Assembly: GCF_018977255.1 (NCBI RefSeq) | Contig: NW_024704742.1 | Span: 117,368,001 to 117,432,000, forward strand | Reading direction: 5' to 3' | From: Callorhinchus milii | Lineage: Eukaryota | Length of the DNA stretch: 64,000 nucleotides | Notes under the pieces: model-generated | Told to the model about the DNA's origin: nothing | Database searches by the model: none | The model's input: the letters and a program-made list of their open reading frames with translations, nothing else | In this document: in pieces, positions 23,851 through 37,089 of the stretch | Layout of the letters: each line of letters opens with the position of its first letter | How positions within the stretch are numbered: position 1 is the first letter of the stretch | Made by a program: the position numbers and the translations under genes

Positions 23851-26604
23851 AAGAAACTCTGAGTATCCAGATGTCAGATAAGGGCAAGGTCTAGCCAGCT
23901 GTGATTTCCTTTGTGGTCCAAACAGGCTGCCAGCGCTCATTGTGCAGACTCATACATAGAACAACAACCAGATGCTAATCCAGAACTCTGCAGCCTGTGT
24001 CCTCTCCCGCACCAAACTCATGACCCTATCTCCCCCGCTCTCGTCCAACTCCACTGGCTCCACGTCCCCCCACCCACCCGCCCCACCATTGGCGGGAGAG
24101 CTTTCACTTTTCTATTGGTCCAGATATAGGGACTGATAAACACTTGATATAGAGATTAGTTTTTGAACCAGTTTTACAACCGCAGAAATTGTTTATGGAA
24201 TCTTTTCAGACTTTATTTGTCCTCTAATGGAGAAATATTTTCGTCAGTCTCAAAACATGTTTTTCCTAAGAGAGTTTTTAAAGAATGCATTCATCAACAA
24301 TTTCTCACACTGTAAATGTGCCCTTTTATGTCTTTTCGTGGACTTTGTGAGTCCCAACCATATTAGTGAGAAAGTTAAAGTAAAAAAAAACTTACATTTG
24401 GTATAGTGCCTTTCAACAACAACAAGCATTGGTGTATATATGACTGTTTGTGGGACTCTGCTGTGAGCAATTAGCTGCCACGTTCTGCCCACAAAATGCA
24501 GTCAATTCAAGTTACAGTAACAACAAAAACTTACATTTACATAGCACCCCTCACGCAGGTTAGCATCCCAAATATAGACTACAGTATATTCTGTGAAGCG
24601 CTGTGAGACATCTTAACAACGTGATGAGGCGCTATATATATCAAATGCATATATTATTAGGCAGTGCCTTTCAATGTATGGTAATGTCTCAAGGCACTTC
24701 ACAGGGATAGGATTAGACACCAAGCAAGGGGGAGAGGGAGATGGCTATAGGTGAGTTCAAAGAGGTAGGATTCGAGACGGGTCTTAAAGACAGGAAGAGA
24801 GGGTAGGAAGAGAGGTGGAGTGGTAGAAGTGAGTTTCCAGATGTTATGAGCATAGGAACTGAAGGCTTGCTGGCCGAAGGTGGTGTGGAGACAACAGAAG
24901 TCAACTGCAAGATCGAGTTAGCTGAGTGAGGTGGGCGGAGGACTAGCATAGGAGATTGGAGAAATAAAGAGGATTAACGTCAGGAGGATGTCTCAAAGCG
25001 CTTCATGGGATACACTATAAAGTGTAGCGACTGTACTTGTAGGCAACGCACAGCCAATTTGCACACAGTTACATTAATGCATGATGTTCTTAACAACAAG
25101 ATGCATTTGTGTAGTATTATTGTTGAAAGGCGCTATACCCAATGCAAGGATTTTTTAAATTTTAACTTTCTACCTCTCACAGCAGTGCCCTACAAATAGC
25201 CATTTAGTAAGTTACCAATATGATTTGGGGGGATTGTTGCTCAGGACACTGGGAGGAATGCTCTTCCCTTTTCAAGTAGTACTATGGTATCTTTAACATC
25301 CACTTAAGTAGGTGGACGGGACCTCAATTTAACGTTCTGAATCTGGAAGACGCCACCACCTAACAAAGCAGCACAGCCCAGCACTGCACTGGAGTGTCAG
25401 CCTACACTGTGAGTTCAAAGTCCTGATGTGGGATTTGACCCCACAGACTTTAGACTCTGAGGTTCCCAAGCGAGCCAGGCTGATAAGCATTCTGTGAAGT
25501 GGGTTAGTTGCAAAGTATATTTGGGTTTCCAGTTCACTCAGCCTTTGAGATAAAGAGGAAGTACAAATTGTTCTTTGAGTGGAAGTGTTGATCAGATAGA
25601 TTCTCTTCTTGGTGAAATTTACTGGGAAATGGAAGCAGCTCTGATGTTACCAGTCTTCAAAAGATACGATAAATTGAGAACAATATGTACTTCTTCTAAA
25701 CACAGTATGCTCCCTAACTATTAATGTTGCCTCTTAGAAAGTAACAAATATAATTTCTAATTTAACCATTTCCAGTCACCCAACATCCTCTTTAATCTCA
25801 GAAAGATATGGGAACTCATTTATTTGTCAGTGAAGGTTATCCTTAAAATGACATTGTAAACTGTCCACAATTTAATTATGCTAAGTGAAAATACATCCTG
25901 TTTAATAATATTTTTGTGTAAATGTAAGAACTAATGTACTTTGAATAGTAGTACTTCCAGAGAAACTCCTATGTCCCTGGTCTAACCAGTTTCCAGATTT
26001 CAGATCATACCAAGACAAACATACTATAATTCTGTTCATAGGTCAGGAATACTATTCTTGATCATGAATCCTAAAAATGCCACAAACACAATTTTATATT
26101 ACATTGTTAAAATAACTATATGTGCCCTGTTTATTTTTCTATCTATTCTCCCTTCTCTGTTCTATCTGATACCATTTTTCATTTTGTAATGTCAGTTTCC
26201 CTTATTTCAATTATTGCCTTTCCTTTTTATTTCTTTAAAATGTTTAAACCTTTCCTCACCTTGTTTCTCTGTTTCAGCTGCCACCATCCATTTCTGGAGG
26301 TGGGAGTAAGTTTCATCGTCCAGTAAAGGGTTAAACGTATTTTCCAGCCATTTGGAAGAAGACTGTGTTTTGACCTGAGTTTCACATCTGTGATGTGATT
26401 GATGGGATCACGACACAGATGTGAAACTCAGGTCAAAATTCAGAATAGTTTTCTTAACAAGTAGGAGGCTAATCCCCCACACCCCGAGAGTGACCAGGCA
26501 AATAAACTGATCTGTGGCACTCTGTATGGTGAATGAATAAACACTTTGATTTCAAAGTCATTTGGCTGTGCAGTTCAGTTTAAGCTGTATATGTGCGATT
26601 GAGA

Positions 26605-26858
26605 CGTGAGATAGAGTGGGAGAGAGAGGAGAGGGAGCTACTGGAGAGAGAGCGCGACGGGGAGAGAGACAGACAGAGGAGGGAAGAGAAACAGACTAAG
26701 GAGAGGAGAGAGACAAAGAGAGAGAGATGTGGGGGGATGGGGAGGGGGGAGCGAGAAAGAGAGAGAAACTGAGGGGCCCCAAGAGAGGGAGGGATGGAGG
26801 GGGGAGAGAGACACAGAGGAGGAAGAGAGACAGACATACAGAGGGGAAGGAGAGAGGT
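26605..26858. repeat. GA-rich low-complexity tract
   Basis: Seen directly. Confidence 0.85.
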
Positions 26859-29473
26859 CACTGCCATGGAAACACAGCAGACAGACCGCTATGGCAGCAG
26901 ACCGCACTGTAATTGTTTCAGTGACTGTCCAAAAAGGTTAATTGTTTCCAGAAACTACATATCTTTGATTTCAGCCCCAGAATAATTATCGCCATAATCA
27001 TCTAGTTTTAACTTCAGATCCTTATCTGCGGAAAAAAACTTGATGAATAGATAGAGCCAAGATTGAAAACAAACATTAACTTTATTCTGAGGGAATTGTG
27101 CATCTTTAGTATATAGTTAAACTACTTCATTTACTAATATCACTGCTCAAAATCCTGATGTTAAATACCAGACATATAAGAAGCTGAACCCTAGTAATGA
27201 AGTCATGGCTTTTTGTTCTTCATTTTTCATTTTCTTCTTTATTTTCTTCAGTGACATTTCTGTTCCTAAATCTTATGTGGTCAGAGAACTTAGTCACTTT
27301 ATTACATTTCCATGCTTGCTAACAATCTATTTTTGAATGATGAATGATGTAATGAAAAACTCCTGGTCCTGCTAACCTGGCAGACCAAAATCCAGATGTT
27401 AAATACCAGACATATAAGAAGCTGAACCCCAGTTAGTGACTTTGATTTTATTATTCTGAGAATGGTGCTCCTCTGTTGCGAAATAATTATTCTGGATGAA
27501 ATAAGGAGTTGAGTTCAGAGGGGGACGGAATTGTCTGAGAGGGCGAAGGAAATAGTAACAAACAATTTAGACTTTTACTCATAACTTATTCAGTTGGACG
27601 TGCCGTCGTCTCTAAATAGGACATCGTGGGGTTCAAGACCCGTGTTGGGACTTGAGCTCAAAATCTAAGATGACAACCCAGTGCACTGATGGGGAGTGTT
27701 TCATATGGGATGTTAAACCAAGATCCTTTGCTGTCTGCATGTTCAGGTGGACATTAGAGAGCCCAGGACAGAATTCGAAAAGAGAAGGGAGATTCTTCAA
27801 GTGACCTGGCCAACAAATCTCTAGATTAATTGATCATTTGTGGCTACCTTACTGGCACAAATGGCTGCCACATTTACCTCCCAACAAAATCACAGTGCTT
27901 TGCAATCATTTCTTTCTAAAACCTTTTGATACGTTTTGATGTGAAAAGATGCTATAAAATGCCAATTTTTCTTTCTAGTTATTTGTAGAGTATTGTATGT
28001 TTACAATATTCTGACACCTTTTAAAATGTTTTTTTTACAGTCTCCTCAAGTGTTTTATATGTATTAGAGAACAGGCACTGCTCGTGCCTTCTAGTTTTAA
28101 CTAAGTTGGATTAATTGCAGTTCAAATCTTTTTCTTTCTTGCATTGTAATTTATAGCAGTCTTTGAAGTGGTGAGAGTATTGAAGGGTAAAAGCTACCCA
28201 AGGCAGATGTGAATACCAGAGGCATGAATGTGGATTTATTACTGAATGAGTAATCCTGCAGCATGCTCCCAGTGAGACTTAAGAGCCTATTCAGGGGTTT
28301 GAGAAGTTAAGTTGATCACAAGGCTGGTGGTACATATAAAGCCACTCACACCTGATATTTTCAGGGCAATGGAATGTTACAGAATTGCTTGTGTATTTGT
28401 TTAACTGCACCGTACTTGTAGTCTGCATTGGTGTTTTATAAAACATCAACTCAATAAAAGATCTTAGGCATTCCAGTATAATGGGGGTAACCTCTCTTTG
28501 AGTCTGCTTGAGAGATGCAAATCTCCACACAGAAGGCTGAGTAAACATGGAACTGTATCCGGCACAGCATAGCTATACATTGTGTTCTCTCTTACTATCT
28601 GTTCCTTAAACTACTGTTCTGTGTCACTCTTTTTCAACTGGTAACACTCTTACCTCTGGAACACAAGATTGTGAATTCAAGCCCGACATCGAGACTCAGG
28701 CTCAGTGTCTTAGCTGACACTCCAGTGCAAAACTTGGTGGATGTTAAAGATCTCATCGTGCTACTTGTAAAGAGAAAGGGATGCTGTGTTTCACCAGTGA
28801 CAGTTTTACATCTACTGAAATGTTAATTTCAAATAAACTACAGAGATATTGTTACGTCACAAAATTGTTGCAGTCATGAAAAATAGATTTTTTTAGCCCC
28901 AAATGTTAAAATATTTTCTGGGCTTACTTTCTCATTTAACATTTTGTCCATCGTTCTCACAAAGAGGAATGGCAAATCAGTGGGCAAGTCTTCAGCGGCA
29001 ATATCTCACCACTCCCAGCAGGTTTGGGAGCAGGGTGACTGCTTGCCTCTTTCGTAGTGAACTGTTGTGTGGTGGAAAAAAATTAACACTTGAACAATTG
29101 TAATCTGAATATTACTAGAGGCCCAGTTTGGTTCAAAGTGTGTGATGTTGAAAGCGCCATAGTTACTATTAAAAACCTATATTTTGTTCGAAACTCAAAA
29201 TTTCTATTCTTCAACATAAGTCACATTGTGTTAACTGTAAGAGAGATGCCATTCAGCTTGATAAAGAGTCAAGTGTGTTAACAGATGTGCGAAAAATATT
29301 TTTGAGCAACTTCAGTGCGAATTGCCGATTAAGAGTTTAGGGGCTCCAAATGTTTTAAATGATCAAATGCTTTGTTCAAGTCTTTCCAAATGACAGTAAT
29401 AAATCTCTCCTTTCTTTGTCCCACTTGTAGAGCAATCCTTGAAATTACTTTCTTCTCTCCCCTTTTCCTAAAG

Positions 29474-29561
29474 GACCAAAAGGTTGATTGAAGATGTGAT
29501 CCGAACGCAGTCTGGAGAAACGCTGTCTGAAATCCTGGAGACTCCAGCATCCTCACAGCAG
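29474..29561 (+). CDS. IQGAP2: IQGAP2-like coding exon
   Basis: ctaaag|G acceptor and CAG|gtaatt donor; TKRLIEDVIRTQSGETLSEILETPASSQQ. Confidence 0.92.
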
Positions 29562-29853
29562 GTAATTCAGCACAACTGAACTCTTCACTCCTGCTCCTAG
29601 AACATTTCTGGTTGGAGCTTGAACAGTAAAAGAAGTGATGAAACAAAACCGGTCACTATTTTCGGTCCTTCACTGTGCCAATGGCAACCAGGCCAGATAT
29701 GTCATTGTAATACTGCTTGGCAACGAGTATTGACACTTCTTTGATGTACACAGTTACTGGTTTGTAGATGTTGTTACAGGAATGAGAACAATAACAAAAC
29801 ACAGCTTAAGGAATTGACGGACACTCTCATGCTCTGATGCATTCTCCACATAC

Positions 29854-30178
29854 GTGGAGTCCTGTATCTCAGTGTTTAGAGCACTTGCCTTGCAAGCGAG
29901 ACATCTGGGTTCAATTCCCGGCAGGGTGAAACCTTGGGCAAGGTTCCTTATTCCACACACCTGTTAATAATCCCTCCAAAACAAAGCAATAATAAATTGG
30001 TCATTTTCAATCCATGACTGTTTGTGGAACACTGCTGTGCGCAATTGGCTGCCGCGTTCGCCCACAAATATACAGTCAATTCACTTTACAGTGTGTTCTG
30101 TGAAACGCTTTGGGACGTCCTCCCGACGTGAAAAGCGCTATATCAAATGCAAGGATTATTATTATTTATTATTATTAT
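29854..30178 (+). mobile_element. tRNA-derived SINE, full length
   Basis: Same family as 896-1218. Confidence 0.9.
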
Positions 30179-30489
30179 CTGCATTGGTCTGTTTGCCTTT
30201 TTCAGTTTATTTGCTCCTCTGCAGTGCCTTCAAACTGGCCAAGTCAGACCTTATTGGCAGAGCGCCTGCTGTTTGAACAAGAAAATAACCTTGCAGCCTT
30301 CAGCCACATTTCTGGTTTGCTTATATTTACTGGAAATACTAATCTTTGCATTTGATATAGCATCTTTCACATCAGGAGATGTCTCAAACGCTTCATAAGA
30401 TGTGCAACAAATATAGTGACTGTTTATTATGTAAGTTGAATGTGGCAGAACTGATAGGCATTCAGCTCTTTATATGTTAGAAACAGCAA

Positions 30490-31172
30490 CCAAATTGAAG
30501 CTCTCTCAACAACACTGTGTGGCAGTGAGTAAAGCAAACCAGATGTTGGGATGTATCAAAAGATCAATAGCAAGCCAAAATAGTGCAGTAATCTTGCCAC
30601 TGCATAAATCATTGGTTAGATCATACTTGTACTGGATACAGTTCTGGTCGCTGCAATACAAAAAGGATATTGGAGAAATCAAGAAGATACAGAGGAGGGC
30701 AACCAAAATGATTGAGGGAATAGAAGGACTGGACTATGAGGAGCGACTAAGTAAATTGGACATGTTCGCATTGGAAAAGAGAAGATTGAGAGGCGACATG
30801 ATTGCTGTCTTTAAGATTCTAAATGGGTTAGACAATATAGATCATGACAGGCTGTTTCAACTTGTCCAGAATAGTAAAGCCAGAGGACATGGCCTGTGAT
30901 TGAAGGGGGTAAATTCAGAACGAATCTACGCAAACACTATTTCAGTGAGCAAATAGTGAACCTGTGGAACAGGCGCCCTAGGGAGTCGGTTGAAGCAGGA
31001 AGTGTTGATTCCTTCAAATAGAGGTTACATAATTTTCTTCTAGAAAATAACATTATGGGATATGGTACATAGGTAGCTTGGGAAATATGTGCATGCGACC
31101 ACCAGGAAGGTGGAAGGCAAACTAGATGGACCTTGGTCTTTTTTTGCCGAGCATTTCTTGTTTTCTTATGTA
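30490..31172 (+). mobile_element. CR1-clade LINE 3' fragment
   Basis: KANQMLGCIKRSI...QRRATKMIEGIEGLDYEERLSKLDMFALEKRRLRGDMIAVFKIL and a CR1-type 3' end. Confidence 0.88.
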
Positions 31173-32111
31173 ACCAGGACCCTGCAGCTCCAGCCCATTT
31201 TTGCTCTTTAACCGCCATCTCTCCTGAAGATGGTGACTCATGCTGGATGTTAATGGATGGCACAGGCTGCCTGCCAATACTATTTTTCAAGTGTGAATAA
31301 GCACAGTGAGTGCTGACTGGCTATTAAGCTATGGGGGCACCACAGCAAGCTATTCTCAACATCGACACATGGACTTTGCAGTAGGGGAGCGGATTGATCA
31401 GTAGTGATCAAAAAGAATCAATGGGGAGATGAGGAATATTTTTTTACAAGCCCCAGCGATGTGATTATAATATCACCTCAAATTGTTTCATTCCAATTTG
31501 GTTCAGAATTACTTGAGCTTGGGGTAGGGTTTAAACAGGAAAAAGTGAGGGTGCCGAGCAAAGAGCTATTAGATCTGTGTTTTGTGAGGGTGACTTCAGA
31601 GAGAAACATCACTCCATTTCACAATAAATCCTGTGAAGCACCTTGAGATGTCCTTCTGACATGATAAGGCATTACACCAAATGCAAGGATTATTATTATT
31701 ATTACCATTATCCCTTATGCTTCTTTTTCTATGACTTTTTCATTCCAATTCATGGAAGAAACTGTGAATTGTGTTCGCAGCTGAGTCACGCAAACTCTTC
31801 TGGTGTGTTTTTTTGTGAACAAAGGCTTCAGTTTGAAAGCATCAAATCAGTTTCAGGCTTGGTGCATTTCTGTGGGGATGCCAGGATATAAAGATATAAT
31901 TGGGATCTATGGTAACAGCCAAAATCTAGAATCAATGAATCATTTAACACAAGTCTTTTACTTCCATGTGAAGTGGATTGAATCAGGTCCAAAACAGAAC
32001 TTTAAGGAGTGTTTCTGGCTGCACAGAATACAAACCCTAGACACATTGCTCATCGCTCACTTTGTTTTCATACAGTTGAATAGAAACAGTGGGTAGATCA
32101 GAACATGCTGG

Positions 32112-32696
32112 TACTTCCACTGCCTCACCCCTCAGGCTGCCGAAACACTCACGCATTCGTCACATCAAGGCTTGATTATGGAAACTCCCTCCTCATCGGC
32201 CTTCCCAACTCTTCCCTCCACAAACGGCAGATCATCACTCTGCAGCTTGTGTACTCTCACGCACCAGGCTCCATGACTATCACTCCCACCCTCACCCGAC
32301 TCCACTGACTCCCCATCCCCCAGAGGGTCGAGTTCAAGATCCTCGTCCTCACTTTCAAGACCATCCATGGCTTTGTCCCCTCCTACCTCTCTGATCTGCT
32401 GACTCCCTACCAACCTGCCCGCTCCCTCCGTTCAACGGACTCCGGCCTGCTTCATGTCTCCCATCCGGGCTTTCAGCCTCTCTGCCCCCACACTCTGGAA
32501 ATCCATCCCACGGTCTCGAGACCTTTCTCTTCGATCATGCCTTTGGTTGCCCTCCCACCTCACCGCCTTCCATCACCCCTACACCACCACACCCCCATGT
32601 TCGGGCCCCGACACCTGACTGTTCAGCACTTTGGAATGTCCTCCCGACGTAAAAGGCGCTCTATAAATGTAATTTTGTTGTTGTTATTGTTGTTGT
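32112..32696 (+). mobile_element. L2 LINE 3' fragment
   Basis: HAFVTSRLDYGNSLL motif and (TTG)n tail. Confidence 0.85.
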
Positions 32697-33424
32697 AGGA
32701 GAGGAGAGTCTGTAAACTGGAGTAATTTAAAGTTATGAGTTGCTTAACAGTGAACCTATTTTCCAGGGTACAATTTCAAACCTCCCACTTCAGCTCTTCC
32801 ACTTCCCACTCAGGGTTTAAAAATTTTAATTTTTATTACATTTTTGTTTGCTCAGCTGGGTGTGTGACACATGCGGAAACACAACACCATCCTTATAGGT
32901 ATCTGAACTAATCAGTGTCCCATGGATTCCACCTATACATTGGAAATTCCGGTGTATTGGAATGGAATGCACAGTCTCCCTGGAGAGACAAATCCTGCTT
33001 ATTGTAATTCCAAAGAGTGTTAGGCGCAGACTGACGAGCCAAGGTTTAGGGACCCCAGAGTGTGCATTGGGGTACTTCCAGATAAATCCAGCTAAACCTG
33101 CATAGTTACAAAACACCATTGCTATTGCTGTTTACCAAGCTTTCCTGCTGCTTGTCCAGCTGGGATCACCCTACTCGTCAGGGCTTTGGCTTGCAGGGTG
33201 AACGGGAACTAATCATAATTGCCTTTTATCTTGTGCGTAACCCATACACTTCCATTGGGTCCTACAAAGGTTAACGGAAAATAAAAAGGTGTATTATTTT
33301 TAAATACTAAAGATTCCTGTTTTAATAGATGTGGACGGGCTAAGAATAATTATCCTCTTTAAAGATCTGACCTCAAATGTAACAGAAAAGCTAATGCTAA
33401 TGCACATCCGGTCTTGAAACTTCA

Positions 33425-33749
33425 GTGGAGTCCTGTAGCTCAGTGATTAGAGCACTCGCTTTGCAAGCGAGAGACCTGAGTTCAATTCCAGGCAGGTCAG
33501 GGCGAAACCTTGGGCAAGTTTCCTTACTCCACACACCTAATATTAATCCCTCCAAAACAAAAAACAATAATAAATTGGTCATTTTCAATCTACGACTGTC
33601 TGTGGGACATTGCTGTGTGCAATTGGCTGCCGCGTTCGCCCACAAATATACAGTCAATTCACTTTACAGTGTGTTCTGTGAAGCGCTTTGGGACGTCCTC
33701 CCGACGTGAAAAGCGCTATATCAAAATGCAAGGATTATTATCATTATTA
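33425..33749 (+). mobile_element. tRNA-derived SINE, full length
   Basis: Same family as 896-1218. Confidence 0.9.
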
Positions 33750-33825
33750 AGTGGGAAGAGTGCCTGCACACAGTGACTGCTCTGCCCTTCCAAATCCTGC
33801 CGATGAGCTAGTTTGGGGGCTACAG

Positions 33826-34192
33826 TGGACACCTGTAGCTTAGTAGTTAGAGCACTCGCCTCGCAAATGAGTGTACCTGAGTTCGATTCCCAGACATGGC
33901 GAAACGTTGGATAAGTTCCCACACGCCTCTGTTCACCTAGCAGTAAGTAGAAGCGCGGTTATTCAATGATTGGCGTAACGCTTTTCCAGGAAGTAATAAA
34001 CCATTTGAAATTTTTTTTTTAAAATGGTCACTCAATCTATGACTGTTTGTGGGACACTTCTGTGCGCAATTGGCTGCCAGGTTTCGCCCACAAAATATAC
34101 AGTCGATTCACTTTACAGTATATCCTGTGAAGCGCTTTGAGACGTCTCGAAGATGTAATAAAGCGCTATATCAAATGCAAGGATTATTATTA
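33826..34192 (+). mobile_element. tRNA-derived SINE, longer and older subfamily
   Basis: Same head and tail plus an extra central segment cctctgttcacctagcagtaagtag. Confidence 0.8.
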
Positions 34193-34596
34193 TCAATAGT
34201 GGCCTGGAGTACTGCAGACCCGCCTGGTTCAGGAACTGGACTACCAAACTCGCTATAGAAGGTTGACTCGATACTGAGAATCTGCTGCCAAGCATGTCAC
34301 GTTGGAGCTAGTTCAGCTCCATGGAGACTCCGCTTACTTCTCCTCACCAGAAGGATAGTCACTAGACTATAACATAATGATATAACTATTTATTACATAA
34401 ATAGAAATAAATATGACCCCTGAGAATCAAGAGAGGACCATCAATGATGCAGGAAATATAATCTGACAAACTATATTGTTTTCATTGGTTACACCTCACC
34501 AGTAATCCCTGTGACTGAGCATATACATTATGCGATTTAGTGTCCGGTATGTGAACAAATTCATCTAATCCTTCTGTCTTCTGCTGTGTTTAATAG

Positions 34597-34809
34597 GAAG
34601 CTGAACACATGAAAGTAGTTAAAAATCGTGCAATTCTGGATGCCAAAATTCCTGATGAAATGAAACACAACCAGTCCATTCTTGAGGATGGGCTGCTCCC
34701 AATTGAACAGAAAAAACGGAAAATTCAAAGGAACCTTCGGACACTGGAACAGGCTGGCCTGGCCTCCTCAGCAAATAAATTCCAAGAGATAATCAGTGAT
34801 ATTGCAAAA
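34597..34809 (+). CDS. IQGAP2: IQGAP2-like coding exon (RasGAP C-terminal region)
   Basis: aatag|GAA acceptor and AAA|gtacgt donor; EAEHMKVVKNRAILDAKIPDEMKHNQSILEDGLLPIEQKKRKIQRNLRTLEQAGLASSANKFQEIISDIAK. Confidence 0.93.
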
Positions 34810-34992
34810 GTACGTGACACAGCAACCTGATATTTAATATAGCTTTTCCTAGTAAAATTTCAGCTCAACTGAGTTAATAGCATTCTCGCTTCTGGTTCAG
34901 AAGGTACAAGCCCTATATCAGAACTTGAGCTCATTGTTCAGATTGTTGCACCAGTGCAGTACTGGTAATGTGCTGCATTCTCCTCAGGTGTC

Positions 34993-36773
34993 AATTCTCC
35001 AACCTTCACTGCGAGGAGATGCTGGATTTCCTTGAATCCAAAATCAAGGGAATCCGCTCCACGGTCACTCCCCCTCCAACTTCCACCCATCCCCCACCCC
35101 TTCCCTCCCACACTGCGACTTCTACCCATCCTCCCCTACAAACCTACGAACCCGTTTCCCCACCCTCTGTCACCAAACTCATCTTGTCCCTGAAACCCAC
35201 CACCTGCTTCCTTGACCCCATCTCCACTCCTTATCTCTCAGCTCCAACCTTCAAGGCCATGTCCTTAAGTGGTTTAGGTCGTACCTCTCCCATCGACTTC
35301 ATTTTGTTTCCACAAACGGCTTTTCCTCCAGCCCCCACACTGTCTTGTGCGGTGTCCCTCAGGGCTCTGTCCTCGGTCCCCTCCTCTTCACCCTCTGTGG
35401 AGTCCTGTAGCTCAGTGGTTGAGCACTCGCTTTGCAAGCTAGAGACCTGAGTTCAATTCCAGGCAGGGCGAAACCTTGGGCAAGTTTCCTTACTCCACAC
35501 GCCTAATAATAATCCCTCCAAAACCAAAAACAATAATAAATTGGTCATTTTCAATCCACGACTGTTTGTGGGACATTGCTGTGCGCAATTGGCTGCCGCG
35601 TTCGCCCACAAATATACAGTCAATTCACTTTACAGTGTGTTCTGTGAAGCGCTTTGGGACGTCCTCCCGACGTGAAAAGCGCTATATCAAATGCAAGGAT
35701 TATTATTATTATTATTATTATATGCTCCCCCTTGGTGACATCATCCGCAGACATGGGGTTAACTTCCACATGTATGCGGATGACACCCAACTCTACCTTT
35801 CCTCCTCTACCCTCAACTCCACGACCACCAATGTCCTGACAGCCTAACTTTCTTCAGCTCAACGTGCGCAAAACTGAGGCCCTCCTGATTGGCTCCGCAC
35901 CTCAGGCGCTGACAGCATTAGCATCCAAGGCTGCATTCTCCACCTCTCAAAGCCAGTCAGGAACCTCGGTGTTCTGTTCGACCCTGAGCTGTCCTTTCTT
36001 CCTCATATCCGCGCCACAACTGGCACCACCTTCCATCACCTCCGGAACATCGCCAGACTATGGCACTACCTCACCCCTCACACTGCTGAAACTCTGGTCC
36101 ACACCTTTATCACCTCAAGGCTGGACTATGGGAACTCTCTCCTCGCCAGTCTTCCCGGCATCTCCCTCCACAAGCTGCAGGTCATTCAGAACTCTGCAGC
36201 TCGTGTACTGTCCCGCACCAGGCTTCGGGACCACATCACTCCCACCCTCGCTCGCCTCCACTGGCTTCCCATCCCCCAGAGGATCGAATTCAAGATCCTC
36301 ATCCTCACCTACAAGGCCATTCACAGCCTCGCTCCCTCCTACCTCTCCGACCTACTATCCCCTACCTACCTGCCCGTACCCTCCGTTCCTCTGGCTCCGG
36401 TCTGCTCCACATCCCCTGCCCCAACCGCCCTACCATCGGTGGCCGGGCCTTCAGCCTCTCAGCCCCGAGGCTCTGGAACTCCATCCCCCAGTGCCTTCGC
36501 CTTGTTTCCTCCCTTTCCTCCTTCAAGTCCGGTCTCAAGACCTTTCTCTTTGACCGTGCCTTCAGCTCCCCCCTCGACTCTCTACCTCCTCCTCGCTCCC
36601 TCCCTTCCCTCCCCTCACCCTGACTATTTTCCCCCTCCTCGCTCCCTCCCTTCCCTCCCCTCACCCTGACCATTTTCCCCCCAAGGCTCGGGTCCTGACC
36701 CAACTGTCCAGCGCCTTGGGATGTCCTCCCGATGTGAAAGGCACTCTATAAATGGAATCTTGTTGTTGTTGTT
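34993..36773 (+). mobile_element. L2 LINE (internally deleted) carrying a nested SINE; flanked by a GTGTC TSD
   Basis: RT motifs ([17 protein letters not shown]), (TTG)n tail; GTGTC at 34988-34992 and 36774-36778. Confidence 0.9.
35397..35720 (+). mobile_element. Young tRNA-derived SINE nested in L2
   Basis: Full-length copy splitting the L2 RT sequence ttcaccctct|atatgctcccc. Confidence 0.92.
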
Positions 36774-37089
36774 GTGTCGTCATTTGCATGAGACGTTAAA
36801 CTGAGGTCCCGTCCACCTGTTCAGGTGGATTTAAAAGATCCTGTGACACTATTTGAAAATAGAAATTAGTTTCGCCCAATGTCATGGCCAACGATCCTCC
36901 AGGTTAATTGATCATTTACCTCCTGACTGTTTGCAGGACATGGTTGGCACAACTGACTGCCATGTTTCCGGCAAAATAACGCCCATTGTTAATAATATGT
37001 CCAAGATGCATTGAAGTGTAAATTAGAAATTTTCGTGGTGCTCCAGTAAGAATTTATTTGTCTTCAAAGAGTTTTATTCTGTGTTTCAG

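Noticed and set aside
27337..27425. Possible C/D-box snoRNA (ATGATGA...CTGA); similar boxes at 41729-41829
   Set aside because: No convincing terminal stem and no recognisable rRNA guide; such motifs are frequent in AT-rich DNA
30022..30276. Recurrent ORFs '[25 protein letters not shown]...CKDYYY' (many copies)
   Set aside because: Chance translation of the non-coding SINE body, not a gene family
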